Notes: a model not told the origin generated them from the letters alone. 46,534 nucleotides of DNA from Patescibacteria group bacterium (GCA_038065175.1 JBBTRN010000018.1:1445-47978); one strand, 5' to 3'; counted from the first letter of the stretch, positions 27,076 through 36,597 are shown. Made by a program: numbers and translations.

Positions 27076-27663
27076 CTATCTCTGAGCTCGGTAGTTAATT
27101 TTTCTGAGCTGGATTCTCCCCCCGCAGCCAGGGCAGTAGTGGATTCGCCGCCGAATCGTCCTAATTTGGGAGTTAGCATTGTCAGACCAAAAAGTCTCGT
27201 GGCGCTCCCCATTGAAGCACCTAATCCCGACCTCACCCAGACTAGTAGTCTGCGCGGACGACTGCTCCGGAAAATAACGAAGCACTTCAACCTCAAGGCA
27301 AAACTTTTGTACCTTCTTTTCCTTTTTAATGATCGCTAAAGCGCGTTTGCGCGCCCTTCGTTCATATTGCCTATTAAGCTCCTGCTGAGTGATCTGTTCA
27401 CTAAATAACAATTTGGCGCCCACTAAGCTAGCAGGGCTGAGTGCATTGCAATTAACCACCAAGTAGCGTCCACTTCCCTCAAAGCCTGCGGCCTGAACTA
27501 CCTCCCCCAGATCACCCTTCCTAAGCTTCCCTGAATTGTCAGGGGCCATAACCTTAAAACACCCTGCGGGCAGATCACGCGCTCCATTTTTCGAAAGAAG
27601 TCTAACCTGGCCTCCTTCTGCTGCTTCTGCTATTTTTATCTCAATTCCAGAAACCCTTTTCAT
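27076..27663 (-). CDS. hypothetical protein with C-terminal Zn-ribbon-like motif
   Basis: SD AAGGAGGAG; C-x5-H ... CPGCGG. Confidence 0.6.
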   Translation of the reverse strand: MKRVSGIEIKIAEAAEGGQVRLLSKNGARDLPAGCFKVMAPDNSGKLRKGDLGEVVQAAGFEGSGRYLVVNCNALSPASLVGAKLLFSEQITQQELNRQYERRARKRALAIIKKEKKVQKFCLEVEVLRYFPEQSSAQTTSLGEVGIRCFNGERHETFWSDNANSQIRTIRRRIHYCPGCGGRIQLRKINYRAQR

Positions 27664-27815
27664 TTAACTCCTCCTTCTTTTGCGTATTCATACCCCGCAG
27701 GGTGTTTTGGTTTTAACCAAGAAGAATACCAGAAATACAAAAATTGACAATTGTAGTCATCGTATGATATAGTATATTTAGCCTTATTTAAGGCTAAATA
27801 TTTATTTTATTTATA

Positions 27816-27839
27816 TTTTGTCGGGTAAGGTTGACACAA
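27816..27839 (+). promoter_or_regulatory. operator candidate, second copy
   Basis: TTTTGTCG-N7-TTGACACAA with arms identical to 14023-14046. Confidence 0.55.
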
Positions 27840-27847
27840 TCTATTAA

Positions 27848-27877
27848 CTGGATTCCGGCTCGTAGGCCGGAATGACA
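27848..27877. repeat. REP-like palindrome (half element)
   Basis: CTGGATTCCGGC-tcgtag-GCCGGAATGACA. Confidence 0.6.
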
Positions 27878-27883
27878 AATGAA

Positions 27884-28702
27884 ATGGATTATAAAATAGC
27901 TGAAAAACTTAATAACCTAGGACTCCAACCCAATGAATCTAAAATTTATTTGGCTTTATTGGAATTGGGTAAAGGAACAGTGACTCAAATAAGCCAGGCG
28001 GCGCAGTTAAACCGTACAACGGGCTATGATGTTCTAGAAAGACTGGCCCTGTATGGACTGGCAAGCCGAGCGGGCAGTGGCATAAACAAAAAAATGTACG
28101 CGGCCGAACCTCCAATTAGGCTTAAACAATATCTGGAAAATAAAAAAACCCAAGCTGAACAGCGATTGGCTAGGGCAGATGAAACTCTTTCCGATCTATT
28201 AGGGATTTACAAAAAAGACAATAAACCGGTCATTAAATTTTTTGAAGGCAAAGAAGGTATTAAAAATATTTATTGGCATACGCTGGAAAGCAAAAGTCCG
28301 ATTTATTCCATTTTGGATTTAAGTATATACCTGCCTGACTACGACCAATTCGGTAAAGAATATATTAGGGAGCGTAGCCAAAGAGGGATAAAAGAAAAAG
28401 CTTTGGTAATAAAAAATCAGACAGCCATAGACTACTACGAAGCCGTTTACAAACATAACAAACATTTCCAAAAGTTTACTGAATACCGCTGGCTAAATAA
28501 GCAATTCCCCTTCATCCCGGCCGCGGAAGTTAATATATATGATGATACGGTTATGGGTGTACTGGCCAAATCCGGCGAAAACGCGGCGTTTGAAATTATT
28601 AACCCTTCCTTTGCCAATTCTTTAAAAATGATTTTTGAACTTGCTTGGGACAGCACCGGCAATAAAATAATTCCGTTATCGTCTTTGCGAGTACTACAAT
28701 AA
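27884..28702 (+). CDS. TrmB-family HTH transcriptional regulator
   Basis: LGLQPNESKIYLALLELG...NRTTGYDVLERL, FFEGKEG and EVNIYDD; start at 27872 or 27884. Confidence 0.85.
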   Translation: MDYKIAEKLNNLGLQPNESKIYLALLELGKGTVTQISQAAQLNRTTGYDVLERLALYGLASRAGSGINKKMYAAEPPIRLKQYLENKKTQAEQRLARADETLSDLLGIYKKDNKPVIKFFEGKEGIKNIYWHTLESKSPIYSILDLSIYLPDYDQFGKEYIRERSQRGIKEKALVIKNQTAIDYYEAVYKHNKHFQKFTEYRWLNKQFPFIPAAEVNIYDDTVMGVLAKSGENAAFEIINPSFANSLKMIFELAWDSTGNKIIPLSSLRVLQ

Positions 28703-28736
28703 TTCACGATCGTGAATTATTGTAGTACTAAATTTT

Positions 28737-29609
28737 ATGACCATACCAACAAAAAAACTAAACAACGGATTTGAAATGCCGGTGTTTGGTTTGGGGACAT
28801 CGGGAATGGGGAATAATGTGCCCTTAATTAGTCTGTTCAAAGATTCTTCCAAGGATGTTAATGCAATCAAAACCGCCATTGACTTAGGCATTACTCACAT
28901 TGACACCGCGGAAATTTACGCTAATGGTGAGGCGGAAAAACTAGTGGGAAAGGCCATAAAAGATTCCGAGAGAGAAAGGTTGTTTGTAGTTTCCAAAGCT
29001 TATCTTTGGCATTTAACTTACAGTAAGATTAAAAAGGCTGTGCTAGGGAGCCTAAAAAGATTAGGTACAAATTATTTAGACCTTTATTTAATGCACCGCT
29101 ATCCGGGAGATGACAAATTACAAGAATGCGTTAAAGCAATGGATGAATTAATAGAAGAAGGTTTAATAAAACATTTTGGCGTTAGCAACTTTAACTTACA
29201 GCATACGAAAGACACTATGTTGTTAAGTAAACATCCCCTCAGAGCAAACCAAGTCCATTACAATTTAATTTTTCGGGAACCCGAAACAACCGGACTTTTG
29301 GAATACTGCCAACGGAACAATATAATGTTAATTGCCTGGCGACCGGTAGAGAAAGGCGAGTTGGCAAATCCAAAAACAGAAATTTTAAGTGCTCTGGGTG
29401 TGAAATATCAAAAAAGTCCGGCACAAATCGCTATTAATTGGCTCATCTCTCAACCAAATGTCGTCACGCTTTCTAAAACCAGCAATATTACTCACCTTAA
29501 GGACAATTTAGGCGCTGTTGGCTGGCAGATGGGACAAGCCGACATTGAATTCTTGAGAAAAAATTTTCCCTCCAAGCAAAAAATATCTAACAGGCTTCCG
29601 TTGGAATAA
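28737..29609 (+). CDS. aldo/keto reductase
   Basis: MPVFGLGT, IDTAEIY, SLKRLGTNYLDLYLMH and GVSNF. Confidence 0.92.
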   Translation: MTIPTKKLNNGFEMPVFGLGTSGMGNNVPLISLFKDSSKDVNAIKTAIDLGITHIDTAEIYANGEAEKLVGKAIKDSERERLFVVSKAYLWHLTYSKIKKAVLGSLKRLGTNYLDLYLMHRYPGDDKLQECVKAMDELIEEGLIKHFGVSNFNLQHTKDTMLLSKHPLRANQVHYNLIFREPETTGLLEYCQRNNIMLIAWRPVEKGELANPKTEILSALGVKYQKSPAQIAINWLISQPNVVTLSKTSNITHLKDNLGAVGWQMGQADIEFLRKNFPSKQKISNRLPLE

Positions 29610-29611
29610 TT

Positions 29612-29639
29612 TAAAATCCCGAATTAACCCGGGATTTTA
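29612..29639. terminator. bidirectional terminator
   Basis: TAAAATCCCG-aattaacc-CGGGATTTTA between convergent genes. Confidence 0.75.
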
Positions 29640-29640
29640 T

Positions 29641-30111
29641 TTATCTTTTTAGCCGTATAACCACTTTTCGGTAAGGCTCGCGGTCTATGCTCACGCTTTC
29701 GGCTTCTGGAAAATTTTCCTGGACATAAGCGTGTACGAGCCGGCGCTCAAAGTTAGGCATGGGTTCTAAAGCCACGGCTCGGCCGGTTTTTTTTATGTGC
29801 TCCACGGCAGCGCGCGCGGTTTCCTTTAAAAACCATTCGCGCTTCATTTTATAATCATCCACATCCAGGATAAACCAAAACGGCTCCTTTAAGGCATTTT
29901 GAGCTATCTGCCCTAATACAATCTGCAAGGCCTGTAAATGCGCCCCCTGCCGGCCAATTAATAAGTAGGAGTCGGCACCGGCAAAAATATTAAACACCAA
30001 GCCTTTGGTAATACTTTCCTCGTACGACACCTCCGCGTTTGAAAAACCCATTTTTACTAGGGTTTCTTTAACAAGGTTAAGAACAATTTCTATTTTGGAA
30101 TAATCGGTCAT
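29641..30111 (-). CDS. jag: Jag/EloR-type KH+R3H RNA-binding protein
   Basis: LLIGRQGAHLQALQ, LDVDDY and MPNFERRLVH; downstream of yidC. Confidence 0.88.
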   Translation of the reverse strand: MTDYSKIEIVLNLVKETLVKMGFSNAEVSYEESITKGLVFNIFAGADSYLLIGRQGAHLQALQIVLGQIAQNALKEPFWFILDVDDYKMKREWFLKETARAAVEHIKKTGRAVALEPMPNFERRLVHAYVQENFPEAESVSIDREPYRKVVIRLKR

Positions 30112-30175
30112 GTTCTAGTGATTAGTGCTAAGTGACTAGTGACTAGAAAAATCTAATCACTAAACACTAATCACT
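30112..30175. repeat. empty inverted array of TAGTGAY 7-mers
   Basis: tagtgattagtgctaagtgactagtgactag / ctaatcactaaacactaatcact between the yidC stop and jag start. Confidence 0.75.
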
Positions 30176-30881
30176 GACCACTTGCCTGCGCTCGCTGGCG
30201 GTTAATAATATACTGCTGGCCTATGCCAAAAAGGGTGGTTACCACCCAATAAAGAGGCAAGCCCGCGGGAAAATTCCAGGCGATTACCACGCTTACAACC
30301 GGCAGCATATACGTCATTTGCATAGACATAATTTTCTGCGTTGAGTCTGTCGGGCCGCTACCGCCTTTCGGCGCCATTAATTTAGACTGCCAAAACTGGG
30401 TTAAGCCTGCCAATACGGCCAGGACATGGCTGGGTTTGGACAAATCTAATAAACCCAGGAACATTGGACTTAAATGCTCCGGGCGCTTAATAAAACTATA
30501 AAGCCCGGTTAGTTCCCCGGTTAAAGCCTGGGTAAAAACAAAATACAAAGAAATTAAAATTGGCAGCTGGATGAGTAAAGGCAGGCAGGAAGAAAAAGGA
30601 TTTACTTTATGCTCTTTGTACAAGTCCATCATTGCTTTTGCCTGCGCCTGCTGGTCATTTTTATATTTCTCCCTAATCTCGTTCATCTTCGGCTGTATGG
30701 CCGTCATGGCCGCCTGGCTCTTGAGGGATTTGTGGAAAGAGGGGGCGAGGGCCAAGCGGATAAGCATGGTTAAAAGGATTATAACCACGCCAATATCCGG
30801 GATAATGTTATAGAACAAAATTAAAACATTCAACAACACCGGCACTAAAATAAAATTTTTGGAAAAAGGATTTAGGATCAT
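30171..30881 (-). CDS. yidC: membrane protein insertase
   Basis: IQPKMNEIREKY, SCLPLLIQLPI and PAGLPLYWVV. Confidence 0.93.
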   Translation of the reverse strand: MILNPFSKNFILVPVLLNVLILFYNIIPDIGVVIILLTMLIRLALAPSFHKSLKSQAAMTAIQPKMNEIREKYKNDQQAQAKAMMDLYKEHKVNPFSSCLPLLIQLPILISLYFVFTQALTGELTGLYSFIKRPEHLSPMFLGLLDLSKPSHVLAVLAGLTQFWQSKLMAPKGGSGPTDSTQKIMSMQMTYMLPVVSVVIAWNFPAGLPLYWVVTTLFGIGQQYIINRQRAQASGQ

Positions 30882-30914
30882 AAATAAATAACTGTTTTTT
30901 CTCCCAAAGACTCT

Positions 30915-31169
30915 TTAGTCACTTTGGGCCACATCAATCGAAGGTTCAACCCAAGGATTACATCTTAATATTCTTTTTAACCCCAACCGCAAACCGCGCA
31001 GCACGCCAAAACTTGCCACCGCGTTTTTTGTATACTCGCTGCAAGAAGGATAGTGTCGGCAAAACCCGTAAGGGTAATTTGCCCTAAACACCCCATGGTC
31101 AGGGGAAATTGTAATTTGATAAAAAGCTATTAACTTAATAATTATTTTTTTTGCGTGAAAATTATTCAT
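30915..31169 (-). CDS. yidD: membrane protein insertion efficiency factor
   Basis: YQITISP, CRHYPSCSEY and RILRCNPW. Confidence 0.92.
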   Translation of the reverse strand: MNNFHAKKIIIKLIAFYQITISPDHGVFRANYPYGFCRHYPSCSEYTKNAVASFGVLRGLRLGLKRILRCNPWVEPSIDVAQSD

Positions 31170-31503
31170 GCTTATAAAGACCGGCTGTTATTAACAATTT
31201 TTTTAAGCTTAGTACCATGTACTTTTCCTGCTCCATCGCCACCTTAGGCTTTAATACCAAAATATAATCCCCGGACGCGAGATTTGTCATATTCAATCTT
31301 ACAAATTCCCTTATTATCCGCTTTAAGCGGTTTCTTTTGACAGCCCTTTTAGAAACCTTGGTGGAAACTACAGCCGTAAACCTTAAGGAGCCTCCCGAAT
31401 TTAAAAATTTCAAATTAAAAAAGGGGCTAAAAAAACTCCGCCCCCGCGCAAACACCTTTTTAATATCCCGGTCTTTGGCGAGACGGTTTTTTTTATTAAG
31501 CAT
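31162..31503 (-). CDS. rnpA: ribonuclease P protein component
   Basis: MLNKKNRL and KVSKRAVKRNRLKR. Confidence 0.92.
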   Translation of the reverse strand: MLNKKNRLAKDRDIKKVFARGRSFFSPFFNLKFLNSGGSLRFTAVVSTKVSKRAVKRNRLKRIIREFVRLNMTNLASGDYILVLKPKVAMEQEKYMVLSLKKLLITAGLYKHE

Positions 31504-31579
31504 AAATTTAACAAAATCTGGAATCAACAAGGCTGGCTTGTACCGGTTCAACCATTATTTCGTTTTCCGGTTTAGGAGT

Positions 31580-31714
31580 TTAGACTGTGAGTTTCTTGCG
31601 CCCCTTTTGCCTGCGTCTTCCCAAAACTGCGCGCCCCGTCCTGGTTTGCATGCGTTTAAAAAATCCATGGCGGGTTTTTCGTTTTTTTACTTTTGGCTGA
31701 TATGTTCTTTTCAT
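31580..31714 (-). CDS. rpmH: 50S ribosomal protein L34 (not in the ORF track)
   Basis: [44 protein letters not shown]. Confidence 0.95.
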   Translation of the reverse strand: MKRTYQPKVKKRKTRHGFFKRMQTRTGRAVLGRRRQKGRKKLTV

Positions 31715-31828
31715 CCTGTTAGAAATTAAAATAATTATTGATAAAAATTGTGTATGCGTTCCTTAATCCCTTTTTACCCTTTAAAACAAACAGTGGGAAT
31801 ATGATCCAAAATTTGCTTTCTAACGGGA
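31715..31828. mobile_element. empty CCC...GGG element inserted at the rpmH start codon
   Basis: minus strand ATGAA-TCCCGTTAGAAA ... TTTCTAACAGG-ATGAA. Confidence 0.8.
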
Positions 31829-31841
31829 TTCATACCGGCTA

Positions 31842-31870
31842 ATTATAATAAAAAAACTGGCCGGGGTCAA
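31842..31870 (-). promoter_or_regulatory. rpmH operon promoter
   Basis: minus strand TTGACC-17 nt-TATAAT. Confidence 0.75.
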
Positions 31871-31899
31871 CCCTGCTAATAATTTTTTATTTGGCCACA

Positions 31900-32012
31900 C
31901 CTTTTCCACATTTAATCAACAAGGCTAACCAAACTCCTTTTAATCATGGGTACTTATACCTAGTTTACATGTTGATAACCCCTCTGGTAGAATACCTCCA
32001 CTGATACACAGA
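31900..32012. promoter_or_regulatory. DnaA-box cluster upstream of dnaA
   Basis: TTTTCCACA 31902, TAATCAACA 31913, TGTTGATAA 31970 and TGATACACA 32002 (near matches to TTATNCACA). Confidence 0.55.
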
Positions 32013-32096
32013 TGGTTGCTAATGGCGCTAATTTTCTGTTGAGGATGCCAGGGTATTATTTGTGTTATTGATGTTTAATTAATGCATCTGTGGCCT

Positions 32097-33455
32097 ATGA
32101 ATAACCAACAACTCTGGCAAGCCATACTTGGAAGCCTGGAAGTTTCATTGAGCAAAGCCAATTTTAATACTTGGTTTAAAAATACGAGCATTGTTGAAAG
32201 AGGTGCTAATTTTATAGTACTTAATGTGCCCAGTGCATTTAACCGGGACTGGATAGCAAACAAGTACCACCAGGAAATGCTTAAAAGCCTAAAAACGCTC
32301 ACCCCCGAAATCCGCGAAATAAAGTATCGGATAGGGGGCTCAAAAGACCCACAAACCCCACCATCCCAACCCTACACCAACCGTGAAATAAAAAGCTTGG
32401 AAAATTCCAGGTCTAAGACCTCCCCAAGCAACCACACCTCAACCCTAAACCCCAAGTATGTTTTTGAAACTTTCATTGTGGGTAAAAATAACGAGCTAGC
32501 TCATGCCGCGGCCTCCGCAGTGGTCAAAAGCCCTGGAGGACAATACAACCCCTTGTTTATTTACGGCGGGGTTGGTCTGGGAAAAACCCATCTTATGCAG
32601 GCGGTTGGACACAAAATTTTAAACTCCTTAGGCACAAACAAATTATTGTATGTTACCTGTGAGAAGTTCACCAACGACTACATTGAATCCCTTAGGGAAA
32701 AACGAATGGATGATTTTAAAAAAAACTACCGCGACTTGGGTGCGCTCCTGGTTGACGATATCCAATTTTTAGCCGGCAAAGAAAGTACCCAGGAAGAATT
32801 CTTCCACACCTTTAACGAGTTAAGGGATAAGGGAAGGCAGATAATTATCACCTCTGACCGCCCACCAAAGGAAATACCCGCAATTGAGCAAAGGCTTATT
32901 TCCAGGTTCGAAGGCGGAATGGTTGCCGATATCCAAGCCCCAGATTTAGAAACCAGAATGGCGATTCTAAAAAATAAAATGGAGAAGCGCCCCTCTCAAA
33001 TTTCCGAAGAGATACTTTTTTACATTGCGGAAAATATACAAAGTAATGTAAGGGAGCTTGAGGGTGCCCTAAACCGACTTGTTGTTTACCAACAAATGGA
33101 AAACAAAGGTTTGGTGCTCGAACAGGCAAAAAACATCTTAACCAGCCTTATTTCCTCAAAAAAACGGATGGTGTCGCCAAAAAAAATCGCCGATGTGGTT
33201 GCGGAATTTTACAATATCCAATTCGAGGATCTAATAAAACAATCGAGGAAAAAAGAGTTTGTAAAACCCAGGCAGATTGCAATGTATTTGATACGAAAAG
33301 AGTTGGAAAATTCATTTCCTTCAATTGGGGATTTTTTCGGGGGCCGGGACCACACTACTGTAATGCACGCGGTTGATAAAATCAATAGTATGGTTTCAAA
33401 CAAAATACAATTCAAACAAGAGGTTGATTTAATCCTTAATAAGTTGTTAATATAA
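32097..33455 (+). CDS. dnaA: chromosomal replication initiator
   Basis: YNPLFIYGGVGLGKTHL, LLVDDIQF, NVRELEGAL and GRDHTTV. Confidence 0.97.
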   Translation: MNNQQLWQAILGSLEVSLSKANFNTWFKNTSIVERGANFIVLNVPSAFNRDWIANKYHQEMLKSLKTLTPEIREIKYRIGGSKDPQTPPSQPYTNREIKSLENSRSKTSPSNHTSTLNPKYVFETFIVGKNNELAHAAASAVVKSPGGQYNPLFIYGGVGLGKTHLMQAVGHKILNSLGTNKLLYVTCEKFTNDYIESLREKRMDDFKKNYRDLGALLVDDIQFLAGKESTQEEFFHTFNELRDKGRQIIITSDRPPKEIPAIEQRLISRFEGGMVADIQAPDLETRMAILKNKMEKRPSQISEEILFYIAENIQSNVRELEGALNRLVVYQQMENKGLVLEQAKNILTSLISSKKRMVSPKKIADVVAEFYNIQFEDLIKQSRKKEFVKPRQIAMYLIRKELENSFPSIGDFFGGRDHTTVMHAVDKINSMVSNKIQFKQEVDLILNKLLI

Positions 33456-33638
33456 TAGGGATGGTTGTAAGACAAAAATCTGGTAACTCAAAAGGGGTTT
33501 TACCGCCAACAAAATATCCCCTGCGGTGGTGTGTATAAAACCCACCCAAAACCCCACCAACCACTGATTATTTTGTAGATATTGACATTCCCACACCCCT
33601 TATTATTACTTTGTTTTAAATACTTATATTATACTATT
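33456..33638. other. oriC candidate (dnaA-dnaN intergenic region)
   Basis: DnaA box TGTGTATAA 33530, ATTCCCACA 33587 followed by CCCC and trio-like TATTATTACT in an AT-rich tract; the + strand looks G-richer to the right. Confidence 0.65.
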
Positions 33639-34721
33639 ATGAAAATAATATGCACCCAAGAAAATTTACACTCCGGTCTGGGTATTGCTGTAAAAATAAT
33701 TTCAGCAAACAATACCCTCCCAATCCTTAATAATATTTTACTCAAAACCGAAAATGGACAATTAAAAATTTCTTCAACCAACCTTGAGGTGGCAATTAAT
33801 ACAAAGATTAGATGTAAAATTGAAGAACAGGGACAAATAACAGTTGGGGGGAAAACCCTTAACGAATTAATTAACACCCTGCCGAATGAAAACCTGGAAC
33901 TATACACTGATAAAAACAATTTGGTAATAAAAACAGAAAGCCAGGAATTTAAAATAAAAACACTACCCGTGGAAGAATTCCCCCTCATACCAGAAACCCA
34001 AAGCAATAACACAACCAGTTTTGAGCAGGAAAAATTAAAGCAGGCAATCAACCAAGTTGTATTTTCCGCGTCGCAAAACCAAACCCAACCCGAAATTTCA
34101 GGAATTTATCTCAGTTTAAAAGGTGGTGAAGCAAGATTTGCGGCAACAGACAGATATAGGCTTGCGGAAGCGATTATTCCGGCAGAGGGTTTGGCAGAGG
34201 TAATAATCCCGCAAAAAACAACATTGGAAGTTGCCAGAATTTTGTCTTTAAGACCGGAAAAAGTAGAGGTTGGGTTTTCGGAGAACCAAATATTTTTCAC
34301 AATAGGACAGACCGATGTTATTAGCAGGCTTGTGGATGGGCAATATCCGGATTATAAAAACATTATCCCGGATAATTTTAATTCCACAATGGTGGTGGAA
34401 AAAAATAAACTACAAAATGCTTTAAAAGCCAATGCGCTGTTTTCCCAAAATTCCAGCAGTGTGAGAATGGCTTTCGCGGGGGGCAAATTGACGATCTCTT
34501 CGGAGTCAGAGGGATTGGGGAGCGGGATTGTTGATATCCAGGCAAAAGTCGAAGGGGAAGAAGGGAGTTTGTTGTTAAATTTTAAGTACGTTTTGGATTT
34601 TTTGGCACAACTACAAGGGGGCTCTGTGGTTATTAAAGTTGTAAACGACACCTCGCCGGCAGTGTTTGTCCCGGAAGGGCGAAGCGATTATTTGTATTTA
34701 GTTATGCCGATTAAGATTTAA
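33639..34721 (+). CDS. dnaN: DNA polymerase III beta clamp
   Basis: LPILNNILL, STNLE, ATDRYRLA, GQYPDY and LVMPI. Confidence 0.95.
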   Translation: MKIICTQENLHSGLGIAVKIISANNTLPILNNILLKTENGQLKISSTNLEVAINTKIRCKIEEQGQITVGGKTLNELINTLPNENLELYTDKNNLVIKTESQEFKIKTLPVEEFPLIPETQSNNTTSFEQEKLKQAINQVVFSASQNQTQPEISGIYLSLKGGEARFAATDRYRLAEAIIPAEGLAEVIIPQKTTLEVARILSLRPEKVEVGFSENQIFFTIGQTDVISRLVDGQYPDYKNIIPDNFNSTMVVEKNKLQNALKANALFSQNSSSVRMAFAGGKLTISSESEGLGSGIVDIQAKVEGEEGSLLLNFKYVLDFLAQLQGGSVVIKVVNDTSPAVFVPEGRSDYLYLVMPIKI

Positions 34722-34804
34722 TGGTTAGTGAGGGCCGGTTTTAAGTCAAGATAAAGCTGGTAGTTTTCATGCCGCTGCAACCCGAGGGTTTTTCAGTTCT
34801 GCGT

Positions 34805-35902
34805 ATGCGTATAAAAAACATTAAAATTAAAAATTTTAGAAATTACCCGGATTTGGATTTGGAAATTACGGGTGATGTGGTGGTATTAACCGGGCCTAAT
34901 GCTGTGGGGAAAACTAATCTTTTGGAATCCGTTTATTTTGCTTCGCTTTTTAAATCTTTTCGCGATGATACGGAATTCATATTTTTGAAGGACTCGAATC
35001 GGTTGGAGCTGTCCGTTGATATTGAAAAAGAGGGGAGCTCCCATGCCCTGGAAATATTTTTAGAGAGAAGGGATAAGGTGTATGCCAATTTTCGCATAGA
35101 CGGGGTAAAAAAGAAAAGGAAGGAAGCGCAGGGCTATGTGAGTGTTGTGGTTTTTGATCCTACAGACGTGGAGATGTTCAGCCGCCCGCCGGAAGCGAGG
35201 CGGAAATATTTAAACATGGTGCTGTGCCAAAAAAGCCCTGCGTACCTGGAAATTTTGGGGGATTATAAAAAAGTCTTGTTCCAAAAGACCAAATTGCTTT
35301 TGGCAGTGAAACAGGGTTTGGGGTCGGGCGAGGACTTGGCCGCCTGGAATCAACAGCTTGTGGATTTGGGGAGCGAGATAGTTTTAGAGAGGCGAAAGTT
35401 TATTAATTTTCTGAATAATAATATTTCTGAAGTTTACACTACCATTTCCGGGTTTCACCGGCCGGTGGAAGTCTGGTACGACGGATTTGAGGGCGAGGAC
35501 AAAGAGGATTTAGGCGCACAGTTTTTTAGCAGGCTGGAAGCGCTAAAAAATAAAGAAGGGCTTTTGGCTTCCTGTTTAGTAGGCCCCCACAGGGACGATT
35601 TTTCCTTAAAAAGCGAAGGGCTTTTTTTGCCCCCATTTTCCTCCAGGGGGGAACTAAGAAGCCAGGTGCTGGCATTAAAAATTTTGGAGCTCGAGTATTT
35701 AAGCAAGGGGGAAGAAAAACCAATACTGCTTTTAGACGACGTGCTTTCGGAGTTGGATGACACAAGACGCGAATATTTACTTAAGTTTTTGCAGGGGAAA
35801 TTCCAGACATTTATTACCACCACCATGGCGTTGGATATGCCGGCCCAGCATATAAGTTTGTCGCCAGCCGAGGAAGTGGAGGAGGTCGGCCAAGCCCAAT
35901 AG
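34805..35902 (+). CDS. recF: DNA replication/repair protein RecF
   Basis: NFRNY, GPNAVGKTNLLE, GPHRDD, SRGE and LLLDDVLSELD. Confidence 0.95.
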   Translation: MRIKNIKIKNFRNYPDLDLEITGDVVVLTGPNAVGKTNLLESVYFASLFKSFRDDTEFIFLKDSNRLELSVDIEKEGSSHALEIFLERRDKVYANFRIDGVKKKRKEAQGYVSVVVFDPTDVEMFSRPPEARRKYLNMVLCQKSPAYLEILGDYKKVLFQKTKLLLAVKQGLGSGEDLAAWNQQLVDLGSEIVLERRKFINFLNNNISEVYTTISGFHRPVEVWYDGFEGEDKEDLGAQFFSRLEALKNKEGLLASCLVGPHRDDFSLKSEGLFLPPFSSRGELRSQVLALKILELEYLSKGEEKPILLLDDVLSELDDTRREYLLKFLQGKFQTFITTTMALDMPAQHISLSPAEEVEEVGQAQ

Positions 35903-35945
35903 AAAAAACAAGAACCAATTTTAAAAATCCTTCTTGGCTGTCATG

Positions 35946-35973
35946 CCTTCGGTAGATCTCCCGAAGGGAGACA
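35946..35973. repeat. REP-like palindrome
   Basis: CCTTCGG-tagatctc-CCGAAGG with overlapping TCTCCCGAAGGGAGA. Confidence 0.5.
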
Positions 35974-36109
35974 ATTGAAGGTTTTCGGCCATTTGGCCAA
36001 AAAAATTTATCCGCTTAACTTTCAGTTAAACATCAAAATTTATTTTGCCCAACCGGTTCAAAAATCTTCAATTTCGCCTAAAAATTATTTTTCAAACAGG
36101 TTCCCAAAT

Positions 36110-36472
36110 ATGAATAAAACCAACCCAAAATTAAAAATTTTCGTAAAAAGTAAGTCCGGCATAGGCGCGAAAAAAACCAAAGGCTTTGTCGGAATATCAA
36201 ACGCCATAGAAGGCCATCCCAAGTCTAAAATTTTAAAACAGGCGTTTTACAAGCATAGGGCAATAAACACATGGGAAAAGGCGGTTTCAGAATTTTTTGA
36301 GGGAGCCGAGGCCCAAAGCAAGGCGGTGGACTTTAAAGAAGGGGTGCTAATGGTCGCCTGTTTGTCGAAAGACCTTGCGTATAAAATAAAAGCCTTTGCC
36401 CAAAGGATAATTTATATTTTAAACCAGCTTATTGGCAAGGATTTAGTTTTTGCTATAAGAGTTGAATATTGA
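36110..36472 (+). CDS. DciA/DUF721-like protein
   Basis: W...V...SKAVDFKEGVLMVAC...A pattern and position after recF. Confidence 0.7.
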   Translation: MNKTNPKLKIFVKSKSGIGAKKTKGFVGISNAIEGHPKSKILKQAFYKHRAINTWEKAVSEFFEGAEAQSKAVDFKEGVLMVACLSKDLAYKIKAFAQRIIYILNQLIGKDLVFAIRVEY

Positions 36473-36597
36473 TGTCTTATTTTTGATTCTCAAGCCAAAC
36501 AGTATCAGTCCTGGGTGGGCGCATACATAAATTAGCAAAATTCACCAAAAAGTTCTATAATAAGAGGGCTTTAATTAACCATTAAAATCTTAAATTT

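Noticed and set aside
36503-36526. tRNA 3'-end fragment or att site (AGTCCTGGGTGGGCGCA)
   Set aside because: No intact T-loop or CCA, and no partner repeat or integrase in the window.
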